From NCBI GenBank assembly GCA_013265495.1, contig MU058718.1:2379779-2443778 (forward strand): a stretch of DNA of 64,000 nucleotides, written 5' to 3'. How positions within the stretch are numbered: position 1 is the first letter of the stretch; every line of letters begins with the position of its first letter. The notes beneath the pieces were generated by a model that worked only from the letters and a program-made list of their open reading frames with translations, searched no databases and was not told the origin of the DNA. Below are positions 26,551 through 38,759 of the stretch, piece by piece. The position numbers and the translations under genes are program-made. The DNA comes from Vicugna vicugna. Lineage: Eukaryota.

Positions 26551-26968
26551 GTGTGCTCTCTTAGAAGAACAGGAGAATTTCTGAAGGCGACTAGAAGCTT
26601 TTGCCTTGTCTACCAGAGCCCTGGTTAGGATCTGTGGAAATGATTCCTGCCTCGGGTAGCAGATTGGTGGAGGCCATGTTTGACCAAAATTTTAGTGTGG
26701 GCCAAGTAGAATAAAAGGATATGGGGAAAAAACACCCCTTGGAGATACATGCCAAGCATTCTGAAATAGCCGAATGTAATGCACCATACAGCAGCCTTGA
26801 GTTTTGAATTGTCAGATAAGCCTTACAAGAAATAACTTAATTCTGGACAGTGCAGCATTCATAAAGTTTAAAGTGCTATGTAAACGAAAGATACTAAGAT
26901 GTACCAATAATCTACTGATAAAATTAGTCAATGATCAATTTAAATTTCCTTATTAAGAGATGACTTGA

Positions 26969-29449
26969 AAAATGTCATTGGCAATTTGATAGGGATTGCA
27001 TTGAATCTGTATATTGCCTTGGGTAGTGTGGACATTTTAACAATTCCAATTCAAGAGCACAGTATATCTTTCCATCTGTTTGTGTCATCTTCAATTTCTT
27101 TCATCAGTGTCTTATAGTTTTTGAGTATAAGTCCTTTGACTCCTTAGGTAGGTTTATTCCTAGGTATTTTATTTTTTTTGATGTGATGGTAAATGGGATT
27201 GTTTCCTTCTTTTTCTGTTATTTCATTGTTAATGTATAGAAATACAACTGATTTCTGTATAATTAATCCTGCAACTTTACCAAATTCATTGATGAGATCT
27301 AGTAGTTTTCTGGCAGCCTCCCTAGGATTTTCCACGTATAGCATCATGTCATCTGCAAACAGTGACAATTTTACTTCTTTTCCAATTTGAATTCCTTTTA
27401 TTTCTTTTTCTTCCTGATTGCCGTGGCTAGGACTTCCAAAACAACGCTGAATAAAAGTGGTGAGAGTGGACATCCTTGTCTTGTTCCTGATCTTAGAGGA
27501 AATGCTTTCAGCTTTTCACCACTGAGAATAATGTTAGCTGTGAGTTTGTCATATATGACCTTTATTATGTTGAGGTATGTTCCCTCTATGCCCAGTTTCT
27601 GGAGAGTTTTTATCATAAATGGATGTTGAGTTTTATCAAAAGCTTTTTCTGCATCTATTGAGGTGATTGTATGATTTTTATTCTTCAATTTGTTAATGTG
27701 GTGTATCACATTAATTGATTTGTGGATATTGAAAAATCCTTGCTTTCCTGGGATAAATCCCACTTGATCATGATGTATGACCTTTTCAATGTACTGTGGA
27801 GTTGATTTGCTAGTAATTTGTTGAGGGATTTTGCTAGTTTTGTGACATTTTTCACAGAACTGGAAGAAATTTTTTTTAATTTGTATGTAAACACAAAAGA
27901 CCCCCAATAGCCAAAACAACCTTGAGAAAGAAGAATGGAGCTGGAGGAATCATGCTCCTTGACTTCAGACTATACTACAAAGCTCAGTAATCAAAACAGT
28001 ATGGTACTGACACAAAAACATACATATAGCTCAATGGAACAGGACAGAAAGTCCAGAAATAAACTCATACACTTATGGTCAACTAGTCTATGACAAAGAA
28101 GGCAAAAATATACAATGGAGAAAAGACAGTCTCTTCAAGAAGTGGTGCTGGGAAAACTAGACAGCCACATGTAGAAGAATGAAATTAGAACATTCTCTAA
28201 CACCTTATACAAAAATAAACTCAAAATGGATTCAAGACTTGAATATGAGACTAGATAATATAAAACTCCTAGAGGAAAACAGGCAGAACACTCTTTGACA
28301 TAAATTTCAGCAATATTTTTTCCAACCAGCTCCTAGAGTGATGGAGATAAAAGCAAAAATATACAAATGTGACCTAAAATGTGACTTAAAAGCTTCTGCA
28401 CAGCAAAGGAAACCATAAACAAAATGAAAAAATCTACAGAATGGGAGAAAATATTTGCAAAAGACATGACCGACCAGGGACTAATTTCCAAAATACACAA
28501 CAGCACAGATAGCTTAATATCAAAAAAACAAACAACCCAATCAAAAAATGGGCAGAAGACCTAAATAGACATCTTTCCAAAAAAGACATGAAAAGATACT
28601 GAATAGTGCTAATTATTAGAGGAATGCAAATCAAAACTACAATGTGGTATCACCTCACATCAGTCAGAATCACCATCATTAGAACTTCTACAAATAATAA
28701 ATGCTGGAGAAGGTGTGGAGAAAAAGTTAACCTACTACACTGTTGGTGGGAATGTAAGTTGGTGCAGCCACTATGGGGGACAGTATGGAGGTTTCTTAAA
28801 AAACTAAAAACATACTTACCATATGATCCAGCAATCCCACCCCGGACATGTATATGGAGGAAGGTATTACTGGAAAAGACACATGCACCCCAATGTTCAC
28901 AGCAGCATGATTTACAATAGCCAAGACATGGAAACAACCTAAATGTCCATCAACAGATGACTGGATGAAGATGTGGTATACACACACACACACACACACA
29001 CAATGGAATATTACTTGGCCATAAAAAGAATAAAATAATGCCATTTGCAGCAACATGGAGGACCTAGAGATTGTTATACTAAGTGAAATATCATATTATA
29101 TCACTTATATGTAGAATCTAAAAAAAAAGATAAAAATTCTACTTACAAATCAAAAACAGACTCATGGACATAGAAAAAAACTACGGTTACCAAAGGGGAA
29201 AGGGAAGGGGAGTATAAATTAGCAATTGGGGATTAACAGACACACATTACTATATATAAAATAGATAAACAACAAGGACCTACCGTATAGCACAGGGAAC
29301 TATGTTAAATTTCTTGTAATGATGTATAATGGAAAAGAATCTGAAAAGAAAATGTGTATATATGTATGTATATGTATAATTGAGTCCCTCTGCTGTACAG
29401 CTTGAACTGACATTGTAAATCAACTGTACTTCAATTTAAAAAAAAAAAA
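26969..29449 (+). mobile_element. Intronic LINE-1 with 5' inversion (inverted 26969-~27834; sense ~27843-29449)
   Basis: Perfect 14-bp TSD AAGAGATGACTTGA at 26955-26968 and 29448-29461; minus ORFs carry [10 protein letters not shown] and FADD; plus ORF carries the CCHC motif; A-tail; several frameshifts. Confidence 0.95.
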
Positions 29450-29885
29450 GAGATGACTTGATACTTCCCATTTAAGGTACAGTTCAAGTATCTGTTTTGC
29501 GCCTAGTGGATTATCTGTAGTTCATCTGGAAAATGTGTCATGCTAGCCCTAAGGCAAGAAGTCAGCTTGGCCAGCTTTCTAGATTATATTCACAGTAGGC
29601 TTTTTTCCTGCTCTTTGTCTGGAAATCTTTGCCATACATATATGCAGAAGAGAACCTAGATAATATTTGCTGATACTGTCAATGCCAAGCAGTGGCTTGA
29701 AAGAGCTAAAGCTGCCTCATAATCTTCTTCTGGCCCCCCTAAGCCATAAACAGGCAACCTAGATTAAAAACACGGCTTCAGAGCAAACCTCCTAACCCCT
29801 GCTCCCACCCCTTCTAACTAGACTTTTAACTCTTTCATTTGGCAACTATGGGGCTACCCCTAGCTTAATATTAAATGAAGGGGGA

Positions 29886-29905
29886 GTGTGTGTGTGTGTG
29901 TGTGT
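29886..29905. repeat. (GT)n microsatellite
   Basis: Directly visible. Confidence 0.9.
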
Positions 29906-32045
29906 TTATTATACCTTTGAAAATCAACATATGGCAATGATGACGTTCTCATGATGAAAGACAAATTCACTTGAAAACAGGGGAACCTGCTGAAAATCAC
30001 TGACTTTATTAAAAAAAGTAGGTTTATGCAGTGGGTCAGTAATGATCAAAGAGGAGACCTTTTCTTCCTGTTCTCCTCCTCCAAAGGGAGAAAAGGAAAT
30101 AATGATCCTTTTCACAAGTGTGTGCTCACCTCTGAGCCCGTTTCTAAGCTATTAAAGTAGCTGGGGTTGGGGGGTATTTTTACATTTACACACCCACACA
30201 CGATAGACAAAACTCCAAGAACTGACATCCTAATTCCCCTAGTCAATGACAGGTATTCCCCAATTCAGAAATGGTTTATGTCTCTCATGTCTCTCAAGTT
30301 AAATTCTAAGTTGTTTAGTGGAACCTGAAATGCCTTCCCTCACAGATACATGTTCTGCATCCTAGTTCCGATCCTAAAAAGCTGAGTTAGCTCCTGACAT
30401 AGTTCTACCAGTTAAACAAAACAAACTTGTGGAAGCCATGCTGGTTTCTATCTCATGGCATTTCTGTTACACAAACTCCCCTGCTCAGATTGAGTGGGAG
30501 ATGCAGCCTTCCACAGTACCACTTCATTTTATAAAAGGGCATCTTTTACATACTCCATCTCATTCATCTCAGAGTGTAACTTATTGATTCAGATCAGCTT
30601 CTACTCTGACAGAGGATGGGGCAGAAGTATGAAGACTGTGGGAATCAAGGAGAAGAGAACATAGCTAAGAAAGGGAGTGAATTTGTGGGAGGAAGGGTCA
30701 TACCCAGGCTTTTAGGATCCTTTGTCCTTTTCCACCCCTGAGGATGAGTGTATGAAGATAATGAAAAGCAGTGATGAAGGCGGGAAGTAGCATAAAGTTA
30801 CTTCTTCAGCTTCTACAGATCACACTTGCTAATGGCAGGTATCATCTGTCTCTTTCTTTTTTCCAAGACTGTGGCAGGTGAGTCATTGCCAACTGTTTAC
30901 TCCCTACAGGGTTAGTCTTGAGCTTCTGAAGATTAGGACGTAGAGCTGCTAAAACTGAGTTCCCATTTCTCTGTAAGAGGCCAGTACATGCTCAGATATA
31001 TTACAGGCTCTGCTACCCACGCTATGCCTTAGGAGGCTCAAACTCACAGCATCAGAGAAACAACTGCTGATGTTGGCCCAACCAGGGCAGCACCCACCCC
31101 AGAACCTAGATTCCCATCCTTCAGCTTCCCAGGCAGCCCCCCCGCCTGCTGGGTCAAGGCAAGCCCTGAACATGCCTAACTCTTCCATTCCTGAGACCGA
31201 CCAGCCACTCCTGTACATGGCTTTGTGCTCATAAAGTGCAGAGTACCTCCAGATATTTCTGACAGTGACATCAAGAGGATATTTCATAAGAAGGTATAAA
31301 TGCCTTCTCTAGAGAGAACCCAAAAGTTTAGCAAGGGGTTCCTTCAGGCAACTTACCCTTTCTTCTAGTTATCACTATGTATATATTACGAATGTTCATG
31401 GCCACAAAGAGTTATACTCCCAATATGTAATTTGGGATATCTGTAAATGAGGTTTTGTTTAACTTTTAAGAAAAATAATAAATGCTCTGGACTTCTCCAA
31501 GAGGGACCCATCTCACCTGGGACCATTCTCAATGACAGCTGGATTACCATGGGTTGGGTATCACATTTTGTTCTGGGGGAACAGAAGGCAGAGCCTGGAG
31601 AACTAGCACTAGTGGAGGCGGGGTACCAGGAGGCAAACTACAGCTAAGGGAAGACAGGTTGTAACTGACAACTATCCAAAGATGGAAGGGACTGCTTCTT
31701 CCTCAAGTAGTAAGCCAGGCTGGCCTTGGAGGGACAGGGACACTGTACAGGGGCTTTGACTCTAGGATTGGGGTCTGGACTGGCTTAGTGGAGGGCCAAA
31801 ACTCCCTTTCAGGGGCAACTGTGTTGCCTAATGAGAAACACTAGCATAGAGATGCCCATCTGGCGGGTTAGGGAAATAAGAAATGGGATAAAGGGGAGAA
31901 GAAAAAGGGGAAAGCTATAGACCTTTACAAATTAGGACAGATTTCTTTAAGTGGCAAAAATTTGGTGGTGGAAAGGGTGGGAGTAAGAGGGGAGAAAAAG
32001 AAGGCTGCACAGAGCTTGGCTGTGGAAACGAAGTGGGTGACTTAC

Positions 32046-32870
32046 CGTCAAAGGCAAGGAGCAGATGGCGAAGGTGATGGTCATTATAGCCAGGAGAATG
32101 AGATGGTCCGTCTCCTCTGCCATGGACACCCTTTCCCCTCTCCTGCGGCTGCCGCCCAAGGAGGGTCCGCAGCGGCTCCTCTTGCCCCGGCGGTGCATGC
32201 GGATGAGGTTGAGGATGACACTGAAGTTGCAGACGAGCACCGCAATGATGAGGAGCAGCAACAGGGTGGCGTAAAGCCTAAGGTACGTAGTCTGCTCGAG
32301 CCAGATGAAGCACCACGTCCCAGGGCAGTACTGGGCGTACTGCCTGTGGCCCAGCAGCGGCAAGGAGCAAAACAGCAGGGAGGCTGTGTAGACGATGGGC
32401 AGCACGGCCAAGCCGCCGCGGCGTTTGATCCGGCTCTGGTAGAAATAGGGGTGCCCGATGGCTAGGTAGCGCTCCAGGGCCATGGCGAAGAGCATGAGCA
32501 TGGTAGCCAGGCTGAAGAAGGTCATGGAGAAGGCAAAGTAGGTGCACACGCGTCTCTGGGGCGCCAGTGCCACCAGGGTCTGGTTCCGTGCGTAGGAAGC
32601 AAGCACCACAGGGCTGATGAGGCAAGTACCGAGCAGGTCGGTGAACACCAGCTCGGTCACCAGCACATGGAACAGCGAGATGGAGCTCCCGGGGCCGGCG
32701 CTGCGCCCCGAGTCCCCCCGCCAGCGGTGCGCCAGCAGCGCCAGAGCGATGAGGTTTCCCAGCACCCCGGCCGAGAACATCACCGCACTGATGGCAGGAC
32801 TTTCACCCGAGGGAAGCCACTGTTCAGCATCGCAGTTCTCGAGCCTGGAGTCACTGGAAGTGTTGCCCAT
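32046..32870 (-). CDS. PTGER2: Prostaglandin E2 receptor EP2, first coding exon (275 aa, TM1-TM6)
   Basis: ATG in strong Kozak context (cctaccATGg); MGNTSSDS...GESPAISAVMFSAGVLGNLIALALL, TDLLGTCLISPVVLASY, MALERY, YCPGTWCF, MAEETDHLILLAIMTITF; ends at a GTAAGT donor. Confidence 0.97.
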
Positions 32871-33460
32871 GGTAGGGTGCTGGGAGGAGAGATGCGTCCT
32901 CCTCTCCCGCCGGCCTGTACCTGGGAGGAGGAGGGTCTGAGAGCTGGAGTGCTCCGGGACCCAGAGGGAAAGGGGAGGGACCGAAATCCAGAGCCCTCTA
33001 CTGGCCCGTGGCACGCACTGAGGGCAGGCTTGGCACGGGTCTCCCGAGGCTCCCACAGAGGCCACTCGGCTGCCGCATCCGGACGGCGCTCCAGGCTCCT
33101 CCAGGGACCCACACCCAGGGAGCCGCAGCCGCCTCCTCGGTGCTGCTCCGGGCGAGAACCCGCGAGCTGCCGGGAGGTGGACGTGTCACACGGATAGTCT
33201 CTCGCGAGCCCGGGAAGGGAGCGGGGGCGGAGAGGGGGCCAGGCAAGGCGCGGATGGCCTGCCGGAGAGGGGTCCTCCTTCCACGCTGCGCTTCCTCCTG
33301 GCTATTTTTCTCAGCCTGGAAGCGTTTAGCCCTGGTGGAGAGCTGGGAAGGAGGGCCGGGCACTTCGTGGTCTGCGCAGGACTCACTGAAGGCCGGGCAA
33401 CACCGGAGAGAGCAAAGCGACTCACCAACCGATAGAGAAGTTAGGAGGACCCAGTCCAGT
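32100..33460 (-). promoter_or_regulatory. PTGER2: CpG island and TATA-less promoter/5' UTR of PTGER2
   Basis: High GC and CpG density over exon 1 and about 600 bp upstream; GC box gggggcggag near 33223; ACGTG core at 33181. The TSS cannot be determined from sequence. Confidence 0.85.
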
Positions 33461-34487
33461 GAGACGGGAAAAAGAAGGGAACAACTGACACGAAAGATGG
33501 CTTGCAGTATGAGAAATATGTTCTTTTCCTTTCCTTTAAAAAAAAATCCTCAAGAAGATACACCAAGAGGCGGGACCAAAACTAAGGGGAAATGAAAATG
33601 CAAGCCTTTGCATTCAAGGAACAAACCACGCGCGCACTGAGCTATCTTGCACTTTTGCTTTGATTCGGTTGCCAGCATTTCGCCGTTTCCAATGTCAGCG
33701 CCATAACGGATAACCACTTGTTTAAGCAACCACTAAAAAAGAAAAAAGAAAAAAGAAAAAAAAAAGTTCCTTGTGATCGTGTAGAATTGTGTTTGTGGGC
33801 ACAGCCTGAAACCACTGCACGTTGTTCGCAATTCAAGCTCAGCTGTGAAAGAAAATGTCGTTCAGCCATACATTTTGTCATGTTCAATTAACTGTGCCAG
33901 ACCTACCCAGAAAGGTCCATTCTCAGGAAAGTTTATTGGTAAGTCACCAGTTTCGGAGACTGGCGCTGACAAAAATGATTGCTTACTTCCTACTGCAGTA
34001 ATTACAGTTATGAAAATGGGTTGATGTTCAAAACAAAACAAAAAAGACAGACATGGGTAGTTACATTCTGTAAGGAAGATCATATTCCTTTGGGGAAGGG
34101 AGGAGGCATGGGAGCAGGGAGGATCTGCGTAGGGAACTGGCAAGAGGGTAAAGTCATGGTGTGAGAGTAAAGGAAAGACTGCCTGCTGTCTGTGACTACT
34201 TTAGCTCACTGTGATCACTCTGGCTTGGGGACGGGTTTGGGGATGGGGTTCCCAACAGGGCAAGCTCACAGGGGGTCTATTTTTCTCCTGTAAGAAGTTC
34301 AGAGATGGCAGGCTAGTGGGCCCCCCAGGTCTGGGTCCTCCAGGCCTGTCATTCCTGGCATGCTAGCATTCTGTCAACATCCCCTTCCCCACTGGTCAGC
34401 AGCTGCTGCCTGTATCCGTCAGATTTAAGCGGAGAAACAGAACCACTCTGATAAAGAATGAGTGTTTTATTCTTAGGCACTAGACTT

Positions 34488-34690
34488 GTGCTGTTCAATA
34501 TGGCAGCCACTTGTGGCTATTTAAATTTAAATGAATTAAAATTAAATAAGAGTAAAAATTTAGTTTCTCCCTTGCACTAAGTACATTTCAAGTGCTAAAG
34601 ACTCACATGGGGACTAGTGGTTACCATATTTGGGCAGCTCACTTAGAAAATACTTGCATCACTACAGAAGTTCTGCTGGACAGGGCTGCT
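34488..34690. mobile_element. MER3-like hAT-Charlie element
   Basis: gtgctgttcaatatggcagccac...tgtggctatttaaatttaaat...catttcaagtgct...agtggttaccatatt. Confidence 0.75.
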
Positions 34691-35399
34691 TTAGACCTTA
34701 CATGATGGTGGGAGAAGGTGGAGGAGTCTATGCTAGGCTGTTTGCTGTCTCTGGTTCTGATGTTGAGCTTGAAGTCACCATAGATCAGCTAGAGGCAGTC
34801 AGGATAGAAAGCTGGACATAGATGAGAGTAAGAACAGAATTAGAACTTGTGGGGACAAACTGAAATTCATGAACAACTGGAATCTTCAAAGACAGACTGG
34901 ATCTGTGTGTGTCTCACTACTTTCGACATGGATAATGCAGATGTACTGCAGGAGAAGCTGGCACCCTGCACGGAGCTGTACATGCACTTGGCTTAGGACA
35001 TGAAGAAACTGAAGATCTGGCAGGAGCTGGAGTCTGGGTGCTGCCTTATGACAGCAAGGGGAGCCAGTGGATCAGCCACAACGTGCTGGAGTTACCACCA
35101 TGCCTGGAGCCGGCACTGTCCTTCAGGTGTGAAAACATAGCCACTGCTTTGCCTCTGCCTTGTAAAGTTCGTTCAACATTTTCCTCATGGCCAAATGCTA
35201 ACCTGAAACCATGCAGGATTCTGGAAAACAGATCCTGCTTAGGTGAGTTGACACAGTACAAAGTCACTACACTGCCTCATAGGTCCAGAAATCAAGCCTG
35301 TTGAATATGCTACAGCCCAGAAATAATGTTATAGAAATGTACTGCCTCAAGGAGACATAATCTGACAAGTACACAGAGATGTTATACATACACAGAGAA

Positions 35400-35770
35400 A
35401 GCAGAAATAATGTTCATCACTGCAAGAATCTAGAACTCAATGTCCTTCTATTGAGGATTGGTTTAATAAATCTTGGTACACCTATGCCACACAATAGACA
35501 GTCATTAAAAAGGATGATGTTGATCTATATTTACTGATAATGATCTTTAACATGTATTGAGTTAAAAGCTTGTATGTTATTCCATTCACATAAAATTATA
35601 TGCATGAGTATTTTCACAGAGCAGCATCTTGAAGGATGTTCAGCAAAATACTAATGATAATTTCTCTGGGTAGCACTTTATTCTTTATGCCTTCCTGTTT
35701 TGGCTGATTTTTCTAAGTATGTATTACCTTTATATCAGGAAATGCAAGAAAGGTGCTTTTAATTTGGAAA
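35400..35770 (+). mobile_element. Ancient L1ME-like 3' end
   Basis: aatgtccttctattgaggattggtttaataaat...cagtcattaaaaaggatgat. Confidence 0.55.
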
Positions 35771-37493
35771 AAGATTAATCAATGGGGGAGTCTGTTCTAC
35801 TTGGTAGAAGGCAGGGGGTTAAATGCTAAATATTTTCAGTTCTCTTCCAGTTCTACTCCCTAGTGAGTGAGAAGGTCTTGTCAGTTTCTTGAGACTGATC
35901 AAGAAGACTGGAGAAGTCACCCCTGCCGTTTTCACAAGGCTTTTGCAACTGTCCTTTTTATTTGAAGATTGGAAATCATCACACATTAGGCACCATTTCT
36001 AATGAGGTGTCCTGCCCCACTTAAAGTGATTGCTTTTACCTTAGGTCCTTGGTATCTAAGTTAGTGTCATTGCTTAACCCAATTCTGACACTACCATCAC
36101 CAAGAAGTCCCTCCTCATAAAGGTGGGAACAGAAAAGTCAACAGAAGGGTCAAAAACAAAAAAAGCAGGCAATAGAAACTAACTTTGAAAGTTGTTCCAA
36201 AAATTAAGGGAAATTGTGAGTGGGCAGGTAGAGAATCTTAATAAAGAAATGGAAACTATAAAAAAGAACTAAATGGAAATTCTAAAACTAAAACTTACAG
36301 CAGTTTGGAGTTGCAGAATAAAGAGTGAATCTGAGTGATGTGAATCACATCTGGTTACCTTTCTCTTCATGTCATTGTGACTTCTGTGCTCCTGGGAACT
36401 ATTCTCACTCCTTCTATACCACATGAGGCTTAGAGAATCCTCATTCCCTGATGCTTGCCCTGTTTCTACCCAAGAAGTGAAGCATGGGTTTTTTTTAATG
36501 CTCTCAGATCCTTCATACCTGTCTGAGATTGGTGGTACAACCTTATCTAGGAAACCCCTCTGTTAACATCTAAGCTCTCCTTGTTCTCTTGAACTTCACC
36601 TTCCTTCCTTCGCAGCCTGTGGAGTTAGTTGGGGGAGAAATGGTGAAACTTTGATCCTCCTCATCTCCTGTGGTCTGGCTCTTGCCTTTCAAAAGTCATC
36701 AACTAATAGTTGATACCTGTCAATAATGTTCTTTCCCTGAGGCAGTCAGTGCAGAATGCCCTAGATGCTGCTGCTAAAACCAGGGAAAGGTCTGGGATAT
36801 CAGGAAGTACTGGGCAAAAAATACATAAGTTAATATCAGTCAAATTAGTATCTAGCTCTATTTGCATTCATGTAGGCTTGTGTGTGTAACCAGGGCTTGG
36901 TGGGACTTACTACATCCTCATGGGGTTGTTTGAGAAACAACTTGATAAAGTCTTTGCAAAACCCTGAGTCAATAAGAAGTACTTTACCAATGGATGTGAG
37001 AGTACAACAGTTCTCTTGTCCCCAGACAGGAAACATTAGAACGGTAAATCTACACACTGCTTACTAGCCCAAGGGCTTAGATCAAATGAGTCACTCCACT
37101 AATGGCAGGAAGGAAAATTTTCACTGTATTTAACATAATAGCTTTATTTTCATTAAGATTAAAATGAAAAGTATTACCCATAGAAAAGTCTATTTCTTGA
37201 CCATACTATCATACTTTGAGTTCCTAATTACTTCTTCACTGTCAGAAGCCATCACTTGACAAAATTTTAAAAAGGGGTAAAAATGAGTCAGCTTTTGCCC
37301 CGAAGTTTCAGCTACTCCCATTCTTCTATCTCTGGTAGCTGCCCCCTGGACCCAATACACAGTATCACAAACTGAGAACTCCCAGAGCCCCACTGCCCCT
37401 GAGTTTCCTCTTTTTCTTCTCTCCAACATTCTCATATCAAATCCAGGAGAAGCAGGAGGGAGAAGAGTACTGACTTAAGAAAGACAGCAGCAA

Positions 37494-37690
37494 AACAGAT
37501 AAACAAGGACCTACTGTATAGTACAGGGAACTATATTCAGTATCTTGTAATAACCTATTATGGAAAAGAATATGAAAAAGAATATATATATATGTAATAT
37601 ATATATAACTGAATCACTTTGCTGTACACCTGAAACTAACACGACATTGTAAAGCAACTATAATTCAATAAAAATTTGTTTTGAAAAAAA
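37494..37690 (+). mobile_element. Short L1 3' terminal fragment
   Basis: aacaaggacctactgtatagtacagggaacta...aactgaatcactttgctgtacacctgaaac...caataaaaa, similar to the tail of the intronic L1 (29270-29440). Confidence 0.85.
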
Positions 37691-38759
37691 GCAGATAAAA
37701 ATGTGGTTTGTTTTTATTACATGAGGATATACAGACATATTCCACAATTTGATTTGATATTAAATATTGTTGCCACATAGGGTGTGTTTTGTCATAGTGA
37801 TGATCGTGTGTCAAAGGGAAATTCCCCAGGCTGTGGCTGAGTTCTATGTTTTTCTTTTCCACAGCCCTATTGCCTTCTAACACACCATGTTTAGTTACTT
37901 TTTGTTTTTGCTTGTTAACTATCTCCCTCTAATAGAATATCAGTTCCTACAGGGAAGGGATCTTGGTCTCTTTAATTCATTGATGAATCTCAGGGATTGG
38001 AACTGTGCCTGACATAGAGCAAACACTCTAGAAATATGTGCTCAATGAATGAAGGAGGGAGTGGTGGGCTGGGCCAGTGCTGCTGAAGGGTCTAACATGA
38101 TGGGTGCAGAGAACCCACTGCTGACTTTTGCAGGAGGGCCTCCTCTGGTGACCCTGCTAAGAGCACTTTTGGTGGGGAGGTAGGGACAAAAACTTGATTA
38201 GAGAGGAGTTAGGGGAGAGGATGGGGAGAGAACCAATGGTGAGAAAACACAGGAATGAAGACCACAACATGGATGAGTTTGGTGAATGACAAGGGGTGCT
38301 GAGAAATTCAGCAGTAACTGGAGGGACTGTAGGGTTCCAAAATGAGTAATAGCATATAGACAGAAACTGTCTTGCAGAAAGGGAGAAAGAGACATGGAAG
38401 AGAAAATCAGTAATTCTAGTACAAACGTCTTGAGAATTGAGAGGAGAAGGATGGAGGGCACAAGTGGGGGGGGGGTGTCACAAAAAGGAGCAGGTGCACC
38501 TCCTCCATGGAAGCTGCATGAAGGTCAGGATGCAGGCACGGATGCAGGCAGGTGGGTGGAACTGGAGGGGAGGATGAGGAGGTTGTCCAAGACAGAAGGA
38601 AGAAGGAATGTTGGCGATTTCAAGTAGAAACGATGAGTAATCACCACCAAGAGAAGGAAAGTGCATGTGTTGGGAAACTGTGGCTGTTTATATCTAAATT
38701 AAGATAAGCTGTTGTGGAACTTGGCATTTATAAAGGCAGCATACTATATAGGTATGTAT

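Larger units (their letters stand above)
20507..32045 (-). other. PTGER2: PTGER2 intron, phase 0, GT-AG, 11539 bp
   Basis: Donor ACG/GTAAGT at 32046/32045 and acceptor CAG/ATT at 20507/20506; the end-of-TM6 position is the conserved prostanoid-receptor intron site. Confidence 0.93.

Noticed and set aside
5564..26968. Both inverted L1s share a TT/AAGA target and a 14-bp TSD
   Set aside because: TT/AAGA is a common variant of the L1 endonuclease consensus and 14 bp is a typical TSD length, so coincidence is sufficient.
31947..33065. 372-aa single-exon version of EP2 from the ORF track
   Set aside because: It starts at a weak-context GTG and reads through the GTAAGT donor into the intron, so it lacks TM7. 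The Kozak ATG is at 32870 and TM7 lies in the exon at 20506-20288.
31962..33595. Plus-strand ORFs of 107-195 aa over the CpG island
   Set aside because: Expected stop-codon scarcity in GC-rich sequence antisense to PTGER2; no recognisable domains.
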